Below, in pieces: positions 21,491 to 36,238 of a DNA stretch of 64,000 nt; position 1 is the first letter of the stretch; each line of letters starts with the position of its first letter. Below the pieces are notes generated by a model. The model did not search any database and was not told the DNA's origin. It saw only the letters and a list, made by a program, of their open reading frames with translations. The stretch is taken from assembly GCF_058153355.1 (NCBI RefSeq), contig NZ_CM177019.1. The stretch is one strand, 5' to 3'. Position numbers and translations under genes: made by a program.

Positions 21491-23992
21491 ATGGCCCTGA
21501 TTGTGGAATTTATTTGTGAGCTACCTAACGGCGTACATGCGCGTCCGGCAAGCCACGTTGAAACGCTGTGTAATACTTTTTCATCACAAATTGAGTGGCA
21601 TAACCTGCGCACTGACCGCAAGGGCAACGCCAAAAGCGCCCTTGCGCTGATTGGCACCGATACGCTGGTGGGCGATAACTGCCAGTTACTGATTTCCGGG
21701 GCCGACGAGCAGGAAGCGCACCAGCGTTTAAGCCAATGGCTGCGCGATGAATTCCCCCACTGCGACGCGCCGCTGGCGGAAGTAAAATCTGACGAACTGG
21801 AGCCGCTGCCGGTATCATTAACCAACCTGAATCCGCGTATTATCCGCGCCCGCACCGTATGCAGTGGTAGCGCAGGCGGCATTCTGACGCCAATCTCTTC
21901 TTTAGATCTCAACGCGCTGGGTAACCTCCCCGCAACCAACGGCGTTGACGCCGAGCAATCCGCGCTGGAAAACGGCCTGACACTGGTACTGAAAAATATT
22001 GAGTTTCGTCTGCTGGATAGCGACGGTGCTACCAGCGCGATTCTGGAAGCGCACCGCTCCCTGGCTGGCGATACTTCCCTGCGCGAACATTTACTGGCAG
22101 GCGTCAACGCCGGATTAAGCTGCGCCGAAGCAATTGTCGCCAGTGCGAATCACTTTTGCGAAGAGTTCGCCCGTTCCAGCAGCAGCTACCTGCAAGAACG
22201 CGCGCTGGATGTGCGCGATGTCTGCTTCCAGTTACTCCAGCAAATCTACGGCGAGAAACGCTTTCCGGCACCGGGCAAGCTAACGCAGCCCGCCATTTGT
22301 ATGGCGGATGAACTGACCCCTAGCCAGTTCCTCGAACTGGATAAAAATCACCTCAAAGGATTGTTGCTCAAAAGCGGCGGCACCACCTCACACACGGTGA
22401 TCCTTGCCCGTTCGTTCAACATTCCGACGCTGGTTGGTGTGGATATTGATGCCCTTACTCCGTGGCAGCATCAAACGATTTATATCGACGGCAACGCTGG
22501 GGCGATTGTGGTTGAGCCTGGAGAAGCCGTAGCCCGTTATTATCAGCAAGAAGCCCGCGTACAGAACGCCCTTCGTGAGCAACAGCGTGTCTGGCTGACC
22601 CAACAAGCCCGTACCGCTGACGGTATCCGCATTGAAATTGCCGCTAACATCGCTCACTCCGTCGAAGCGCAGGCCGCATTCGGCAATGGTGCGGAAGGCG
22701 TTGGTTTGTTCCGCACTGAAATGCTCTATATGGATCGCACCAGTGCACCGGGCGAAAGCGAGCTGTACAACATTTTTTGTCAGGCGCTGGAGTCCGCCAA
22801 CGGACGCAGCATTATTGTGCGCACTATGGATATTGGCGGTGACAAACCCGTTGATTATCTGAATATTCCCGCAGAGGCAAACCCGTTCCTCGGTTATCGC
22901 GCCATGCGTATTTATGAAGAGTACGCGTCGTTATTTACCACGCAGCTACGATCGATCCTGCGCGCCTCCGCTCATGGCAGCCTGAAAATCATGATCCCGA
23001 TGATCTCTTCAATGGAAGAGATCTTATGGGTGAAAGAAAAACTGGCGGAAGCTAAACAGCAGCTGCGTAACGAACACATTCCGTTTGATGAGAAGATCCA
23101 GCTCGGTATCATGCTTGAGGTGCCGTCAGTAATGTTCATCATTGATCAATGCTGTGAAGAGATTGATTTCTTTAGTATTGGTAGTAATGACCTGACGCAA
23201 TATCTGCTGGCAGTGGATCGCGATAACGCTAAGGTAACTCGTCACTACAACAGCCTGAATCCGGCATTCTTACGAGCGCTTGATTACGCCGTGCAGGCAG
23301 TGCATCGCCAGGGCAAATGGATTGGTCTGTGCGGTGAACTGGGGGCGAAAGGTTCCGTGCTGCCGTTGCTGGTCGGTTTAGGGCTGGATGAGTTGAGCAT
23401 GAGTGCACCGTCAATTCCGGCGGCGAAAGCGCGAATGGCGCAACTTGATAGCCGCGAATGCCGCCAGTTGCTCAACCAGGCAATGGCCTGCCGTACTTCG
23501 CTGGAAGTGGAACACCTGCTGGCACAATTCCGCATGACGCAACAGGACGCACCGTTGGTCACCGCCGAGTGCATCACGCTGGAAAGCGACTGGCGCAGCA
23601 AAGAAGAAGTGCTCAAAGGCATGACCGATAACCTGCTGCTGGCGGGCCGCTGCCGCTATCCGCGTAAACTGGAAGCCGACTTGTGGGCGCGCGAGGCCGT
23701 TTTCTCTACCGGTCTGGGCTTTAGTTTTGCCATTCCACACAGCAAATCAGAACACATTGAGCAGTCCACCATCAGCGTGGCGCGTCTGCAAGCGCCAGTG
23801 CGCTGGGGCGATGATGAAGCACAATTCATCATTATGTTAACCCTTAACAAACACGCTGCCGGCGATCAGCATATGCGCATTTTCTCGCGCCTCGCTCGCC
23901 GCATCATGCACGAAGAATTCCGTAACGCGCTGGTTAACGCCGCCTCTGCCGACGCTATCGCCAGCCTGCTGCAACATGAACTGGAACTGTAA
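21491..23992 (+). CDS. ptsA: multiphosphoryl transfer protein (HPr-EI-EIIA fusion)
   Basis: 833-aa ORF; N-terminal HPr-like segment (GVHARPAS), central PEP-utilising Enzyme I region ([21 protein letters not shown]), C-terminal EIIA-like domain. Confidence 0.92.
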   Translation: MALIVEFICELPNGVHARPASHVETLCNTFSSQIEWHNLRTDRKGNAKSALALIGTDTLVGDNCQLLISGADEQEAHQRLSQWLRDEFPHCDAPLAEVKSDELEPLPVSLTNLNPRIIRARTVCSGSAGGILTPISSLDLNALGNLPATNGVDAEQSALENGLTLVLKNIEFRLLDSDGATSAILEAHRSLAGDTSLREHLLAGVNAGLSCAEAIVASANHFCEEFARSSSSYLQERALDVRDVCFQLLQQIYGEKRFPAPGKLTQPAICMADELTPSQFLELDKNHLKGLLLKSGGTTSHTVILARSFNIPTLVGVDIDALTPWQHQTIYIDGNAGAIVVEPGEAVARYYQQEARVQNALREQQRVWLTQQARTADGIRIEIAANIAHSVEAQAAFGNGAEGVGLFRTEMLYMDRTSAPGESELYNIFCQALESANGRSIIVRTMDIGGDKPVDYLNIPAEANPFLGYRAMRIYEEYASLFTTQLRSILRASAHGSLKIMIPMISSMEEILWVKEKLAEAKQQLRNEHIPFDEKIQLGIMLEVPSVMFIIDQCCEEIDFFSIGSNDLTQYLLAVDRDNAKVTRHYNSLNPAFLRALDYAVQAVHRQGKWIGLCGELGAKGSVLPLLVGLGLDELSMSAPSIPAAKARMAQLDSRECRQLLNQAMACRTSLEVEHLLAQFRMTQQDAPLVTAECITLESDWRSKEEVLKGMTDNLLLAGRCRYPRKLEADLWAREAVFSTGLGFSFAIPHSKSEHIEQSTISVARLQAPVRWGDDEAQFIIMLTLNKHAAGDQHMRIFSRLARRIMHEEFRNALVNAASADAIASLLQHELEL

Positions 23993-24003
23993 AAGGAAAC
24001 ATC

Positions 24004-24666
24004 ATGGAACTGTATCTGGACACCGCTAACGTCGCAGAAGTCGAACGTCTGGCACGCATATTCCCGATTGCCGGGGTAACAACTAACCCGAGCATTATCG
24101 CGGCCAGCAAGGAGTCCATCTGGGAAGTGCTGCCGCGTTTGCAAAAAGCGATTGGTGATGAGGGTATTTTGTTTGCTCAGACCATGAGTCGTGACGCGCA
24201 GGGGATGGTGGAAGAAGCGAAGCGCCTGCGCGACGCCATTCCGGGCATCGTGGTGAAAATCCCGGTGACTTCCGAAGGTCTGGCCGCCATTAAGATGCTG
24301 AAAAAAGAGGGTATTACTACACTTGGCACCGCTGTATATAGCGCCGCACAAGGGTTATTAGCCGCGCTGGCAGGGGCAAAATATGTTGCTCCGTATGTTA
24401 ACCGCGTCGACGCCCAGGGCGGTGACGGCATTCGTACGGTTCAGGAGCTGCAAGCGCTGTTGGAAATGCACGCGCCAGAAAGCATGGTGCTGGCTGCCAG
24501 CTTTAAAACACCGCGTCAGGCGCTGGATTGTTTGCTGGCAGGATGTGAGTCCATCACCCTACCCTTAGATGTAGCGCAACAAATGCTCAACACTCCTGCG
24601 GTAGAGTCGGCTATAGAGAAGTTTGAGCACGACTGGAATGCCGCATTTGGCACTACTCATCTCTAA
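24004..24666 (+). CDS. fsaB: fructose-6-phosphate aldolase 2 (transaldolase family)
   Basis: 220-aa [38 protein letters not shown]. Confidence 0.93.
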   Translation: MELYLDTANVAEVERLARIFPIAGVTTNPSIIAASKESIWEVLPRLQKAIGDEGILFAQTMSRDAQGMVEEAKRLRDAIPGIVVKIPVTSEGLAAIKMLKKEGITTLGTAVYSAAQGLLAALAGAKYVAPYVNRVDAQGGDGIRTVQELQALLEMHAPESMVLAASFKTPRQALDCLLAGCESITLPLDVAQQMLNTPAVESAIEKFEHDWNAAFGTTHL

Positions 24667-24676
24667 AGGAGCAATT

Positions 24677-25780
24677 ATGGACCGCATTATTCAATCACCG
24701 GGTAAATACATCCAGGGCGCAGATGTCATTAATCGTCTGGGCGAGTACCTGAAGCCGCTGGCAGAACGCTGGTTAGTGGTGGGTGACAAATTTGTTTTAG
24801 GTTTTGCTCAATCCACTGTCGAGAAAAGCTTTAAAGATGCTGGACTGGTAGTAGAAATTGCGCCGTTTGGCGGTGAATGTTCGCAAAATGAGATCGACCG
24901 TCTGCGTGGCATCGCGGAGACTGCGCAGTGTGGCGCAATTCTCGGTATCGGTGGCGGAAAAACCCTCGATACTGCCAAAGCGCTGGCACATTTCATGGGT
25001 GTTCCGGTAGCGATCGCACCGACTATTGCCTCTACCGACGCACCGTGCAGCGCGCTGTCTGTTATCTACACCGATGATGGTGAGTTTGACCGCTATTTGC
25101 TGTTGCCAAATAACCCGAATATGGTCATTGTCGACACCAAAATCGTCGCGGGCGCACCTGCACGTCTGTTAGCGGCGGGTATCGGCGATGCGCTGGCGAC
25201 CTGGTTTGAAGCGCGTGCTTGCTCTCGTAGCGGTGCGACCACAATGGCGGGCGGTAAGTGTACTCAGGCAGCGCTGGCGCTGGCTGAACTGTGCTACAAC
25301 ACGCTGCTGGAAGAAGGCGAAAAAGCGATGCTTGCCGCCGAACAGCATGTAGTAACTCCAGCACTGGAACGCGTGATTGAAGCGAACACCTATTTGAGCG
25401 GCGTTGGCTTTGAAAGCGGTGGGCTGGCGGCGGCGCACGCGGTGCATAACGGCCTGACTGCAATCCCTGATGCCCATCACTATTATCATGGTGAAAAAGT
25501 GGCATTCGGTACGCTGACGCAGCTGGTTCTGGAAAATGCGCCGGTGGAAGAAATCGAAACCGTAGCTGCACTTAGCCATGCGGTAGGTTTGCCAATAACC
25601 CTCGCTCAACTGGATATTAAAGAAGATGTCCCGGCGAAAATGCGGATTGTGGCAGAAGCGGCATGTGCAGAAGGTGAAACCATCCACAACATGCCTGGCG
25701 GCGCGACGCCAGATCAGGTTTACGCCGCACTGCTGGTAGCCGACCAGTACGGTCAGCGTTTCCTGCAAGAGTGGGAATAA
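24677..25780 (+). CDS. gldA: glycerol dehydrogenase
   Basis: ORF 24623..25780; [41 protein letters not shown] onward (367 aa); iron-type alcohol dehydrogenase family. Confidence 0.95.
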   Translation: MDRIIQSPGKYIQGADVINRLGEYLKPLAERWLVVGDKFVLGFAQSTVEKSFKDAGLVVEIAPFGGECSQNEIDRLRGIAETAQCGAILGIGGGKTLDTAKALAHFMGVPVAIAPTIASTDAPCSALSVIYTDDGEFDRYLLLPNNPNMVIVDTKIVAGAPARLLAAGIGDALATWFEARACSRSGATTMAGGKCTQAALALAELCYNTLLEEGEKAMLAAEQHVVTPALERVIEANTYLSGVGFESGGLAAAHAVHNGLTAIPDAHHYYHGEKVAFGTLTQLVLENAPVEEIETVAALSHAVGLPITLAQLDIKEDVPAKMRIVAEAACAEGETIHNMPGGATPDQVYAALLVADQYGQRFLQEWE

Positions 25781-25788
25781 TCTATGCC

Positions 25789-25813
25789 AAACTCCCGGCT
25801 TGTCCGGGAGTTT
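25789..25813 (+). terminator. probable terminator hairpin after gldA
   Basis: aaactcccggcttgtccgggagttt inverted repeat immediately after the stop; weak T-run. Confidence 0.5.
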
Positions 25814-25824
25814 GAACGCAAAAT

Positions 25825-25925
25825 TGCCTGATGCGCTACGCTTATCAGGCCTACGAAATATCTGCAATGCATTGAATTTACGTGTTTTTTATGTCTGACA
25901 AGGCGTTCAAGCCGCATCCGGCACT
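25825..25925. repeat. REP/BIME repeat pair
   Basis: gcctgatgcgctacgcttatcaggcctac and gacaaggcgttcaagccgcatccggca: two REP-type palindromes in opposite orientation. Confidence 0.75.
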
Positions 25926-26051
25926 CTGTGCCATTAATCTGATACTCCCACGTTGTTCGGGAGTTTTTATCCGCTTCTGGACATTTTCTCCACAGAACAA
26001 TCGTTAGCCCGGAAGGTCGAATCTGTGAATATTTTTTCACGGACGAAACAG

Positions 26052-26669
26052 ATGAAAGCTTCACTGGCGTTGTTCAGTCTTCTGACGGTATTTACCAGTT
26101 ACTCCTTAAAATCTCCCGCTGTTCTACCAACCGTGGTACAAATCCAGGCCAACACCAATCTTGCCATCGCAGACGGTGCCAGACAGCAAATTGGCAGCAC
26201 GCTATTTTACGATCCGGCGTATGTGCAGCTTACTTATCCTGGCGGTGATGTCCCACAAGAACGCGGTGTATGTTCCGATGTGGTGATCCGCGCCCTGCGC
26301 AGCCAGAAGGTCGATTTGCAAAAACTGGTTCACGAAGATATGGCGAAGAATTTTGCCGATTATCCGCAAAAGTGGAAGTTAAAGCGCCCGGACAGCAACA
26401 TCGATCACCGTCGGGTGCCTAATCTGGAAACCTGGTTTACCCGCCACGATAAAACACGCCCCACCAGCAAAAACGCCAGTGACTACCAAGCGGGCGATAT
26501 TGTCTCCTGGCGATTAGATAATGGGCTGGCGCATATCGGAGTGGTGTCAGATGGCTTTGCCCGCGACGGTACGCCGCTGGTGATACATAACATTGGCGCA
26601 GGCGCGCAGGAAGAAGACGTGCTGTTTAGCTGGCGGATGGTGGGGCATTATCGGTATTTTGCTAAATAA
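26052..26669 (+). CDS. yijF: DUF1287-family secreted protein
   Basis: ORF 25953..26669; from MKASLALFSLLTVFTSYSL (signal peptide) 205 aa; matches E. coli YijF from memory. Confidence 0.85.
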   Translation: MKASLALFSLLTVFTSYSLKSPAVLPTVVQIQANTNLAIADGARQQIGSTLFYDPAYVQLTYPGGDVPQERGVCSDVVIRALRSQKVDLQKLVHEDMAKNFADYPQKWKLKRPDSNIDHRRVPNLETWFTRHDKTRPTSKNASDYQAGDIVSWRLDNGLAHIGVVSDGFARDGTPLVIHNIGAGAQEEDVLFSWRMVGHYRYFAK

Positions 26670-26693
26670 GCGCTCGCCCCACCTGTAAAAAAT

Positions 26694-27602
26694 TCAGATC
26701 CTTTTTACGCTGACGGCTTCTTTTTTCTTACGGCTCACCAGCGCCAGTGCCAGCACAATCAGCACAATACCGCTGCCTTCAACCGCGCCGGGATTTTCAC
26801 CGAGCAGCCACCAGGAAAAGAGTACGCCGCAAACGGGAACCGCCAGCGTACTTAAGCTGGCGATACTGGCGGGCAAGTTTTTCAGCACAAACAACCATAA
26901 GCTCCAGGCCAGCGCCCAGAATACGGTGGGCTGCCAGTCAATTTCACGTTGCGGCACCAGTAAAGCGACCGCACTCATCACCAGCGCCGCATACAACATC
27001 TGCCAAGATGTTAACGACAATAAATCTACGCGCGGATGACGGGCGTAAAGGCGTTTAGCGACAATGGCACTCGCCCCCCAACTGACACCAGAGAGGATCG
27101 CCAGCATGGCGCTTTTCATCGAAGAGAAATCGAGTTGCCACGGCTGCAACACCAAAAATAAGCCGAAAGCGGCAATCAGAATCGCCAAATATTGCCCGCG
27201 TCGCAGGCGTTCACCGAGAAACAACGCGGCGAAAATCACCACCCAGAATGGCATGGTATAGCTCAGGATTGCCACCTTCCCTGCTCCGCCGCTCACCAGC
27301 GCCCACTGCGCCAGGCCAACCATCCCGCAGGTTTGTAACAGGGCAATGGCTAAGGTGTATTTAAAGGGCGTCGGGCGCATGCCGCGACCGCGTAATAAAA
27401 GGACGATGAATAAAACGAGAGCGCCGAAAATGCAGCGTAAAGCGGTAAAGTCGAAGGCACCGATGTAGCTGGTGACTTGCTTCATGAAAATCCAGCTATA
27501 ACTCCAGATAAGTGTGAGCACAACCAGGCCACTGATTGCCAGTGGGTTGCTCTTTCCTGCGGCAGACATGAGAGATCCAGTGTGTAGTTTTCCTGTGGAC
27601 AC
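26694..27602 (-). CDS. yijE: EamA/DMT-family transporter
   Basis: 302-aa ORF with about 10 hydrophobic helices; position and sequence consistent with E. coli YijE. Confidence 0.85.
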   Translation of the reverse strand: MSTGKLHTGSLMSAAGKSNPLAISGLVVLTLIWSYSWIFMKQVTSYIGAFDFTALRCIFGALVLFIVLLLRGRGMRPTPFKYTLAIALLQTCGMVGLAQWALVSGGAGKVAILSYTMPFWVVIFAALFLGERLRRGQYLAILIAAFGLFLVLQPWQLDFSSMKSAMLAILSGVSWGASAIVAKRLYARHPRVDLLSLTSWQMLYAALVMSAVALLVPQREIDWQPTVFWALAWSLWLFVLKNLPASIASLSTLAVPVCGVLFSWWLLGENPGAVEGSGIVLIVLALALVSRKKKEAVSVKRI

Positions 27603-27662
27603 TATACGCTGGTAAAGAAACTTCAGCGACTGCCAGACAGACAGTCGCTGAAGAAGGTCAGA

Positions 27663-29897
<2,235 letters not shown>

Positions 29898-30171
29898 TTA
29901 TAATTGAATTAATCCACGGATGCGATAGTTGAGATCTTACATATTGTTGGTTAAAGAGATGTAGATCAAATTGATCGTAATTAAGCTTTTTTGATTATGT
30001 CCGAATTCGGACAAATGCTTTATAAAAAAGGGTTTTAGCTTCCTATTCTTCAAGGAAGGAGGGCGAAAACAAAGCTGACAACCTTATTTTTCCGCCCTCA
30101 TTTCGAGGCAGCATTTTGTGCTCTGTTTAAAATTTGTGATCACAGTGTGATTTTCACAAAAGGCACACTAT

Positions 30172-31065
<894 letters not shown>

Positions 31066-31118
31066 TTACCTCATCAATCGCTTGTAGTTATATGTTGTGT
31101 TGTGCACATCTATCCGTT

Positions 31119-31146
31119 TAGACGTCCAGATGTAAAGATGAAGGAA
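31119..31146. promoter_or_regulatory. tandem MetJ boxes in the metF promoter
   Basis: tagacgtccagatgtaaagatgaa: consecutive 8-bp repeats resembling the AGACGTCT met-box consensus, about 60-85 bp upstream of the metF start. Confidence 0.7.
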
Positions 31147-31414
31147 AAGCTGAAGGGCGTCAACCGAAAAATGACCAATGATGGTGAGGAAAAATCAGGG
31201 AAGATGAAAAAAATTCAGGATAAAGGCCAAAGTTCCTCGTACCTGAACATGTGGAATATACCTCATTTAAGATGATATTTATTTGTTTAATTATTTTTTC
31301 TATTAACCGGTGCAACGAGTGTTAAAGCGTGTAATTTTAGGATTATATCAATAGTCACGGTTATACAAACAGTGATAATTTATGAAATAATTTTATTTAC
31401 CAGAGGAATAGCGC

Positions 31415-32389
31415 ATGTATCTTAATACTCAAGTTCAATATAATAAGTTAAATAAAGATGAAAAAAAGATCCTGTTGTTACAAAAGCTAGCCCATTTAAC
31501 TGATTTTACTTTTGACAGAATAGAGACATTTTCAGCATTTGGACAATCTACTGAAACAGGTGTTTTTAAATATAAAGATGGCAATGAATTTGTTGTTGTC
31601 CCCGGGGATACAGTAATATTAGGGTGGGATGCCAGTCTCAATAATATGGATGGTCCGACAAAACAAGAATTTGAAGAGATGTTGGAACCAGAAGGTTTAG
31701 ATTTGAATAATTATCTCACCGACTCTTGCACACCTGTCAGGAAGGTTACAATTTCCCCGATGCTGGTTGAAAGAAACGTTCACGCCGAACCAAGTTGGAA
31801 GGAAGTATCTCTTACGGACCCCCGCATCACAGAGAACAGCATGCTGCAAAAATTTCTGTCTGATTATATGGAAAAAATTAATCCTGGAGTTCACGAATTA
31901 AACGCAAGATTGAAATTACAATATATAGATGGGGATTTATTTGCACAAATATATGAATCAATTAGCTATGATGAGTTACTTCAAAATATCCAAAGCAATA
32001 GTTTTGATCTTCCGAGCGAAGATGAATGGGAATATTTATGTGGCGGTGGTTCCAGGACACTCTGGCGCTGGGGGAATAATTTCGACTATCAAATGAAAAT
32101 CCCATTTATTACTTCAGAAGAACCAACAACCTGGGATATAGAATGGCCTAATCAGTTTGGGTTGCAGATTGCATTTGATCCCTATCTTCAGGAAATTATT
32201 AATGATAAAGATATTCTTCTGAAAGGTGGCGATGGTGGGTGCAATCTCTGCGGAGGTGCTAATGTTGTATTAGGATTCTTGCCTGTGGCAACTTATTACA
32301 AAGGATATAATAAACATACGGACGAATTAGAATATATGGATGACATTGGAGACAATTATACTTCTTATCGCAGAATAATTCGTTTATGA
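31415..32389 (+). CDS. hypothetical protein, FGE-sulfatase (SUMF1/EgtB/PvdO-like) domain suspected
   Basis: 324-aa ORF, very AT-rich by eye; motifs FVVVPGDTVILGWDAS, SEDEWEYLCGGGSRTLWRWGNNF and NQFGLQI resemble the MVxIPGGxFxMG, AEWEYAxRGG...PWG and NxxGLxDM motifs of formylglycine-generating-enzyme-like domains; no signal peptide. Confidence 0.5.
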   Translation: MYLNTQVQYNKLNKDEKKILLLQKLAHLTDFTFDRIETFSAFGQSTETGVFKYKDGNEFVVVPGDTVILGWDASLNNMDGPTKQEFEEMLEPEGLDLNNYLTDSCTPVRKVTISPMLVERNVHAEPSWKEVSLTDPRITENSMLQKFLSDYMEKINPGVHELNARLKLQYIDGDLFAQIYESISYDELLQNIQSNSFDLPSEDEWEYLCGGGSRTLWRWGNNFDYQMKIPFITSEEPTTWDIEWPNQFGLQIAFDPYLQEIINDKDILLKGGDGGCNLCGGANVVLGFLPVATYYKGYNKHTDELEYMDDIGDNYTSYRRIIRL

Positions 32390-32440
32390 GTAAAAATTAT
32401 ATTTCAGGACAAGAAGTTATGCTCGGGTCAAGCTAATGAA

Positions 32441-33952
32441 TTGCTTAACGCAAGGAATAAAAACGTATTGATGAACACTGGGAATTTCGAGTCGATACAA
32501 ATCATGATCGACGCGCAAGAGTGGCGTAGCCTGCCGCTGCATCTGCGTCTGTATCACGCTTTTCGCCAATTGGTGATTTCCGGCGCATTGTCTGATGGCG
32601 CAAAACTGCCTTCCGCTCGCGCACTGGCCCAGCAACTTGGTCTTTCCAGAGATACCATCGAAAATGCCTATTCCCAGCTCCACCGCGACGGTTTTATGGC
32701 TCGCAGGCAGGGGGCCGGGAGTTTCGCCAGCCGCCAGGGGATACCGCATATTCAGGGCCAGCATGCGCAACCACCCTCGCCCGGACAAGTACCGGCTTTA
32801 AGCGCTCGCTGGCAGCCAATTGCCGATCGCGCAGTCTCTTTCGATGCCCGCCAGATGCAGACCTTTACGCTTGGCCTGCCGGAAACGCGAAACTTCCCGC
32901 TAAACATTTGGCAGAACTTTTCCCGCCAGATCCAACGTGAGCAGGCACATACGCTGATGTTAAATAGCGATCCGCAGGGCGAGCCACAGCTGCGCCAGCA
33001 AATTGCGCATTACCTTAATTTTGAACGCGGCGCGAAGGTAGATGCCGGGCAGATTGTGATTGTCAGCGGCGCACGGCAGGCGTTCTGGCTGTGCGGGCAA
33101 CTGCTGGCAGAGGCCGGACAGTCGGTGGCGATGGAAAATCCGGGCTATCCCGGCGCGCGTCAGGCGTTTTCTGCCGCACAGCTTAATCTTCTTCCCGTTG
33201 AAGTGGATGACGCCGGGATCCGGGTGGATAAACTGCCGCCCGCGCCGCTGGTTTACGTCACGCCCTCGCACCAGTTTCCTTCCGGTCATTTGCTCACGCT
33301 GGCGCGGCGTCATGCCCTGATTGCCTGGGCGCAGGCGCACAATGCGTGGATTATCGAAGACGACTACGACAGCGAATTTCACTACACCAGCGCGCCCGTC
33401 GCCTGTCTGCAAGGGTTAGACTGCGAGCAACGCACCCTGTATGTCGGCACTTTCAGCAAAACGCTCTATCCCGGCCTGCGCATCGGTTATCTGGTGGTGC
33501 CGACGTCGCTGGCTGCGCACTTTGCCGCCGCGCGTAATTTGCTTGATGGCGCAACGCCTGCGTTATCCCAACTAACGCTGGCGCGATTTATCGAGTCCGG
33601 TCATTTTGCCGCCCATATTCGCAACATGCGTAGTATGTATGCGGTGCGACAGGGGTGCCTGGCAGAGGCTATTCATCAGCACTTAAGTGAATGGGTCACG
33701 CCAGTGGTGACATCCGGTGGATTGCAAATGCCCTGCTGGCTGCATGGAGGTATTGATGAGCAACAGACGCTGAATGCCGCGCGCCGCGCCGGGTTAAACA
33801 TCGCCGGAATGCGCCAGTTCTGGCTGACGCACCCCGCGCACGCGGGCTGGCTGCTGGGATTCGCCGCCTTTACCCCCTACGAGATTGAACAGGGCGTCAA
33901 GCGTCTGCGGGCTGCATTATGCACTGAAAACGTGCGCCCAGCCGGGTCATAA
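32441..33952 (+). CDS. MocR/GabR-type regulator (GntR HTH fused to a PLP aminotransferase-like domain)
   Basis: 503-aa ORF; N-terminal GntR-like HTH (LPSARALAQQLGLSRDTIENAYSQLHRDGFMARRQGAGSF) followed by a roughly 350-aa aminotransferase class I/II-like region; true start may be an internal Met; GC-rich by eye. Confidence 0.8.
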   Translation: MLNARNKNVLMNTGNFESIQIMIDAQEWRSLPLHLRLYHAFRQLVISGALSDGAKLPSARALAQQLGLSRDTIENAYSQLHRDGFMARRQGAGSFASRQGIPHIQGQHAQPPSPGQVPALSARWQPIADRAVSFDARQMQTFTLGLPETRNFPLNIWQNFSRQIQREQAHTLMLNSDPQGEPQLRQQIAHYLNFERGAKVDAGQIVIVSGARQAFWLCGQLLAEAGQSVAMENPGYPGARQAFSAAQLNLLPVEVDDAGIRVDKLPPAPLVYVTPSHQFPSGHLLTLARRHALIAWAQAHNAWIIEDDYDSEFHYTSAPVACLQGLDCEQRTLYVGTFSKTLYPGLRIGYLVVPTSLAAHFAAARNLLDGATPALSQLTLARFIESGHFAAHIRNMRSMYAVRQGCLAEAIHQHLSEWVTPVVTSGGLQMPCWLHGGIDEQQTLNAARRAGLNIAGMRQFWLTHPAHAGWLLGFAAFTPYEIEQGVKRLRAALCTENVRPAGS

Positions 33953-33956
33953 TCTC

Positions 33957-35003
33957 CTACGGGATGGTGTTGCAGGCAGCGGCAACCTGTTCCAGCGTCT
34001 GGCCTGCGCCAATAAATTCCACCTTATCGCCCGCTGTCGGCGTGACGGAGCTGGCATCGACCATAAAGCTGTCCATACAAACCCGCCCCAATACCGGTAA
34101 CCGCACGCCGCGCCAGCATACGCCCGCCGGAGGACGCATATTTCGCGGAACGCCATCCGCGTAACCCGCGGATATCGTAGCGATACGCAGCGGACGCGTG
34201 GCGGTAATCGTGCTGCCGTAGCCAACTGGCGTTCCCGCCGGGACATCCTGCACGCGCAGAATAGTTAGCGTCAGCGTAAAAGCCGGTTTTAGCGGCCTGG
34301 AAAACCACGGCTGGGCGACGCCAAACAGCGCAATCCCCGGACGGCAGAGATCTTCCCGCCAACCTGGTTGCAAAAACATTCCGCAGGAGTTCGCCAGCGA
34401 AAATCGGCTGCTGGGGAAAACCGTTTTTGCCTGCTGGAATAGCGCGTGTTGCGCCATATTTAACGCATGATCCGGCCTGTCGGCGTTCGCCAGATGGCTG
34501 ATGATATAGTCCGGCGCAGGCCAGTTACGCTCACGAAAAATCGCCGCCAGACGCATCAGTTGTTGCGGCATCATGCCCAGCCGCGACATACCAGAATCGA
34601 GCTGAATCATCACCGCGCTCCGTTGCTGGCGCGTTTCCAGTAACGTAAGCCACGCCATCACCTGGTCTACGGAATTGAGCAATGGCGTGATCTGCTGCGC
34701 GTAACAATACGCCATCGCCTCCGGCATAACCCCATTAAGCACTACCACCATCGCATCAGTGGGCAGGATTTTACGCAACGCCACGCCTTCAGAAAGCTGT
34801 GCGACAAAAAAGATCCGGCAGTTCGCCGCATACAGGGCGGGCGCAATCGCCTCCGCCCCCAGACCATAGGCATTGGCTTTCAACACCGCGCCACATTGCG
34901 CAGGGGCAGCATGGCGGGCCAGCATACGATAATTGTCGACGATGGCGGCGCGATTAACGCACATAACACCGCACGCCGCCTGGATTTCAGTAGAAGTCAT
35001 CAT
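33957..35003 (-). CDS. alanine racemase-family PLP enzyme (amino-acid racemase, specificity unknown)
   Basis: 348-aa ORF; VLKANAYGLG (PLP-lysine motif, cf. VVKANAYGHG in Alr) and SAGYADGVPR (cf. MGYGDGYPR catalytic Tyr region). Confidence 0.8.
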   Translation of the reverse strand: MMTSTEIQAACGVMCVNRAAIVDNYRMLARHAAPAQCGAVLKANAYGLGAEAIAPALYAANCRIFFVAQLSEGVALRKILPTDAMVVVLNGVMPEAMAYCYAQQITPLLNSVDQVMAWLTLLETRQQRSAVMIQLDSGMSRLGMMPQQLMRLAAIFRERNWPAPDYIISHLANADRPDHALNMAQHALFQQAKTVFPSSRFSLANSCGMFLQPGWREDLCRPGIALFGVAQPWFSRPLKPAFTLTLTILRVQDVPAGTPVGYGSTITATRPLRIATISAGYADGVPRNMRPPAGVCWRGVRLPVLGRVCMDSFMVDASSVTPTAGDKVEFIGAGQTLEQVAAACNTIP

Positions 35004-36238
35004 TAATAAGGCAACGGGTAGCGGTTGGTTAGTTGTATTACTTTTTGCTCAATATCGGCGCAAATGTCTGCAATATCTGATGAATTAATGGCGAAAATAA
35101 TTTCACTTATCCAGTCGGCAATCAGCGCAAAGTCATCCGCCTTCATCCCACGCGTGGTGCAGGCCGCGCTGCCAATACGAACGCCGGAGGTAATCAACGG
35201 CGGCTGCGGATCGCCCGGCAGGGTGTTTTTATTGACCGTGATCCCCGCCAGTTCGAGAAAGTACTCCACCTGTGCGCCGGTTAACCCCTGCGGGCGCAGG
35301 TCGATAATCCCCAGATGGCAGTCGGTGCCGTCCGTTAACAGCGTCAGGCCGCGCAGCGCCAGTTGCTGGCACATCGCCTGCGCATTGTCGATAACCTGCC
35401 CGGCATAACGTTTAAATTCCGGTTGTAATGCCTCGCCAAGCGCCACCGCTTTCGCTGCGATAACGTGCATCAACGGCCCGCCCTGCAAACCGGGAAAAAT
35501 GGCACTGTCGATTTTTTTCGCAAGCCTGGCGTCGTTGGTGAGGATCATGCCGCCGCGCGGCCCGCGCAATGTTTTATGCGTGGTGGTGGTGACCACATCA
35601 GCATACGCCAGCGGCGAAGGGAAACAGCCGCCCGCCACCAGCCCGGCAAAGTGCGCCATATCCACCAGCAAAATGGCGTCAACGGCATCGGCAATGCGGC
35701 GAAAACGGGCAAAATCATAGTGACGTGGATAAGCCGATCCTCCGGCAATAATCAACCGCGGGCGCTCACGCAGCGCGATCATCTCGACCTGATCCATATC
35801 AATCAAACCACTGTGCGCATCGACGCCATAGTGAAAAGCGTTAAACCATTTGCCGGATTGATTGACCGGCGAACCGTGCGTGAGATGCCCGCCGCATTGC
35901 AGGCTCATGCCAAGAATTTTGTCGCCGGGTTTCAGCAACGCCAGATGGACCGCCTGATTCGCCTGGCTGCCGGAGTGAGGCTGCACATTGACGTAACGCG
36001 CGCCAAAGAGCTGCTGCGCGCGGGTTATCGCCAGCATCTCAACCTCATCAATAAACTTACAGCCGCCGTAATAGCGATGCTGGTAATAACCTTCGGCGTA
36101 TTTATTGGTTAACACCGACCCCTGCGCCGCGAGAACGGCGGGGCTTACGAAATTCTCCGAGGCAATCAGTTCCAGCGACTGCTGCTGGCGCTGTTGCTCC
36201 TGGTTAATCAATGCAAAAAGTGGATCGTTATTTATCAT
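35003..36238 (-). CDS. serine hydroxymethyltransferase-family PLP enzyme (GlyA paralog)
   Basis: ORF 35003..36304; from [30 protein letters not shown] collinear with E. coli GlyA including [16 protein letters not shown] (PLP lysine); start at the internal Met preceded by gggggaag is more plausible, coordinate +/- a few bases. Confidence 0.85.
   Translation of the reverse strand: MINNDPLFALINQEQQRQQQSLELIASENFVSPAVLAAQGSVLTNKYAEGYYQHRYYGGCKFIDEVEMLAITRAQQLFGARYVNVQPHSGSQANQAVHLALLKPGDKILGMSLQCGGHLTHGSPVNQSGKWFNAFHYGVDAHSGLIDMDQVEMIALRERPRLIIAGGSAYPRHYDFARFRRIADAVDAILLVDMAHFAGLVAGGCFPSPLAYADVVTTTTHKTLRGPRGGMILTNDARLAKKIDSAIFPGLQGGPLMHVIAAKAVALGEALQPEFKRYAGQVIDNAQAMCQQLALRGLTLLTDGTDCHLGIIDLRPQGLTGAQVEYFLELAGITVNKNTLPGDPQPPLITSGVRIGSAACTTRGMKADDFALIADWISEIIFAINSSDIADICADIEQKVIQLTNRYPLPY

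Noticed and set aside
25825-25925. Palindromic repeat clusters (also 10378..10430 and 61307..61395) considered as CRISPR or IS ends
   Set aside because: They are short, imperfect, GC-rich palindromes of the REP/BIME type without regularly spaced unique spacers or adjacent cas or transposase genes.
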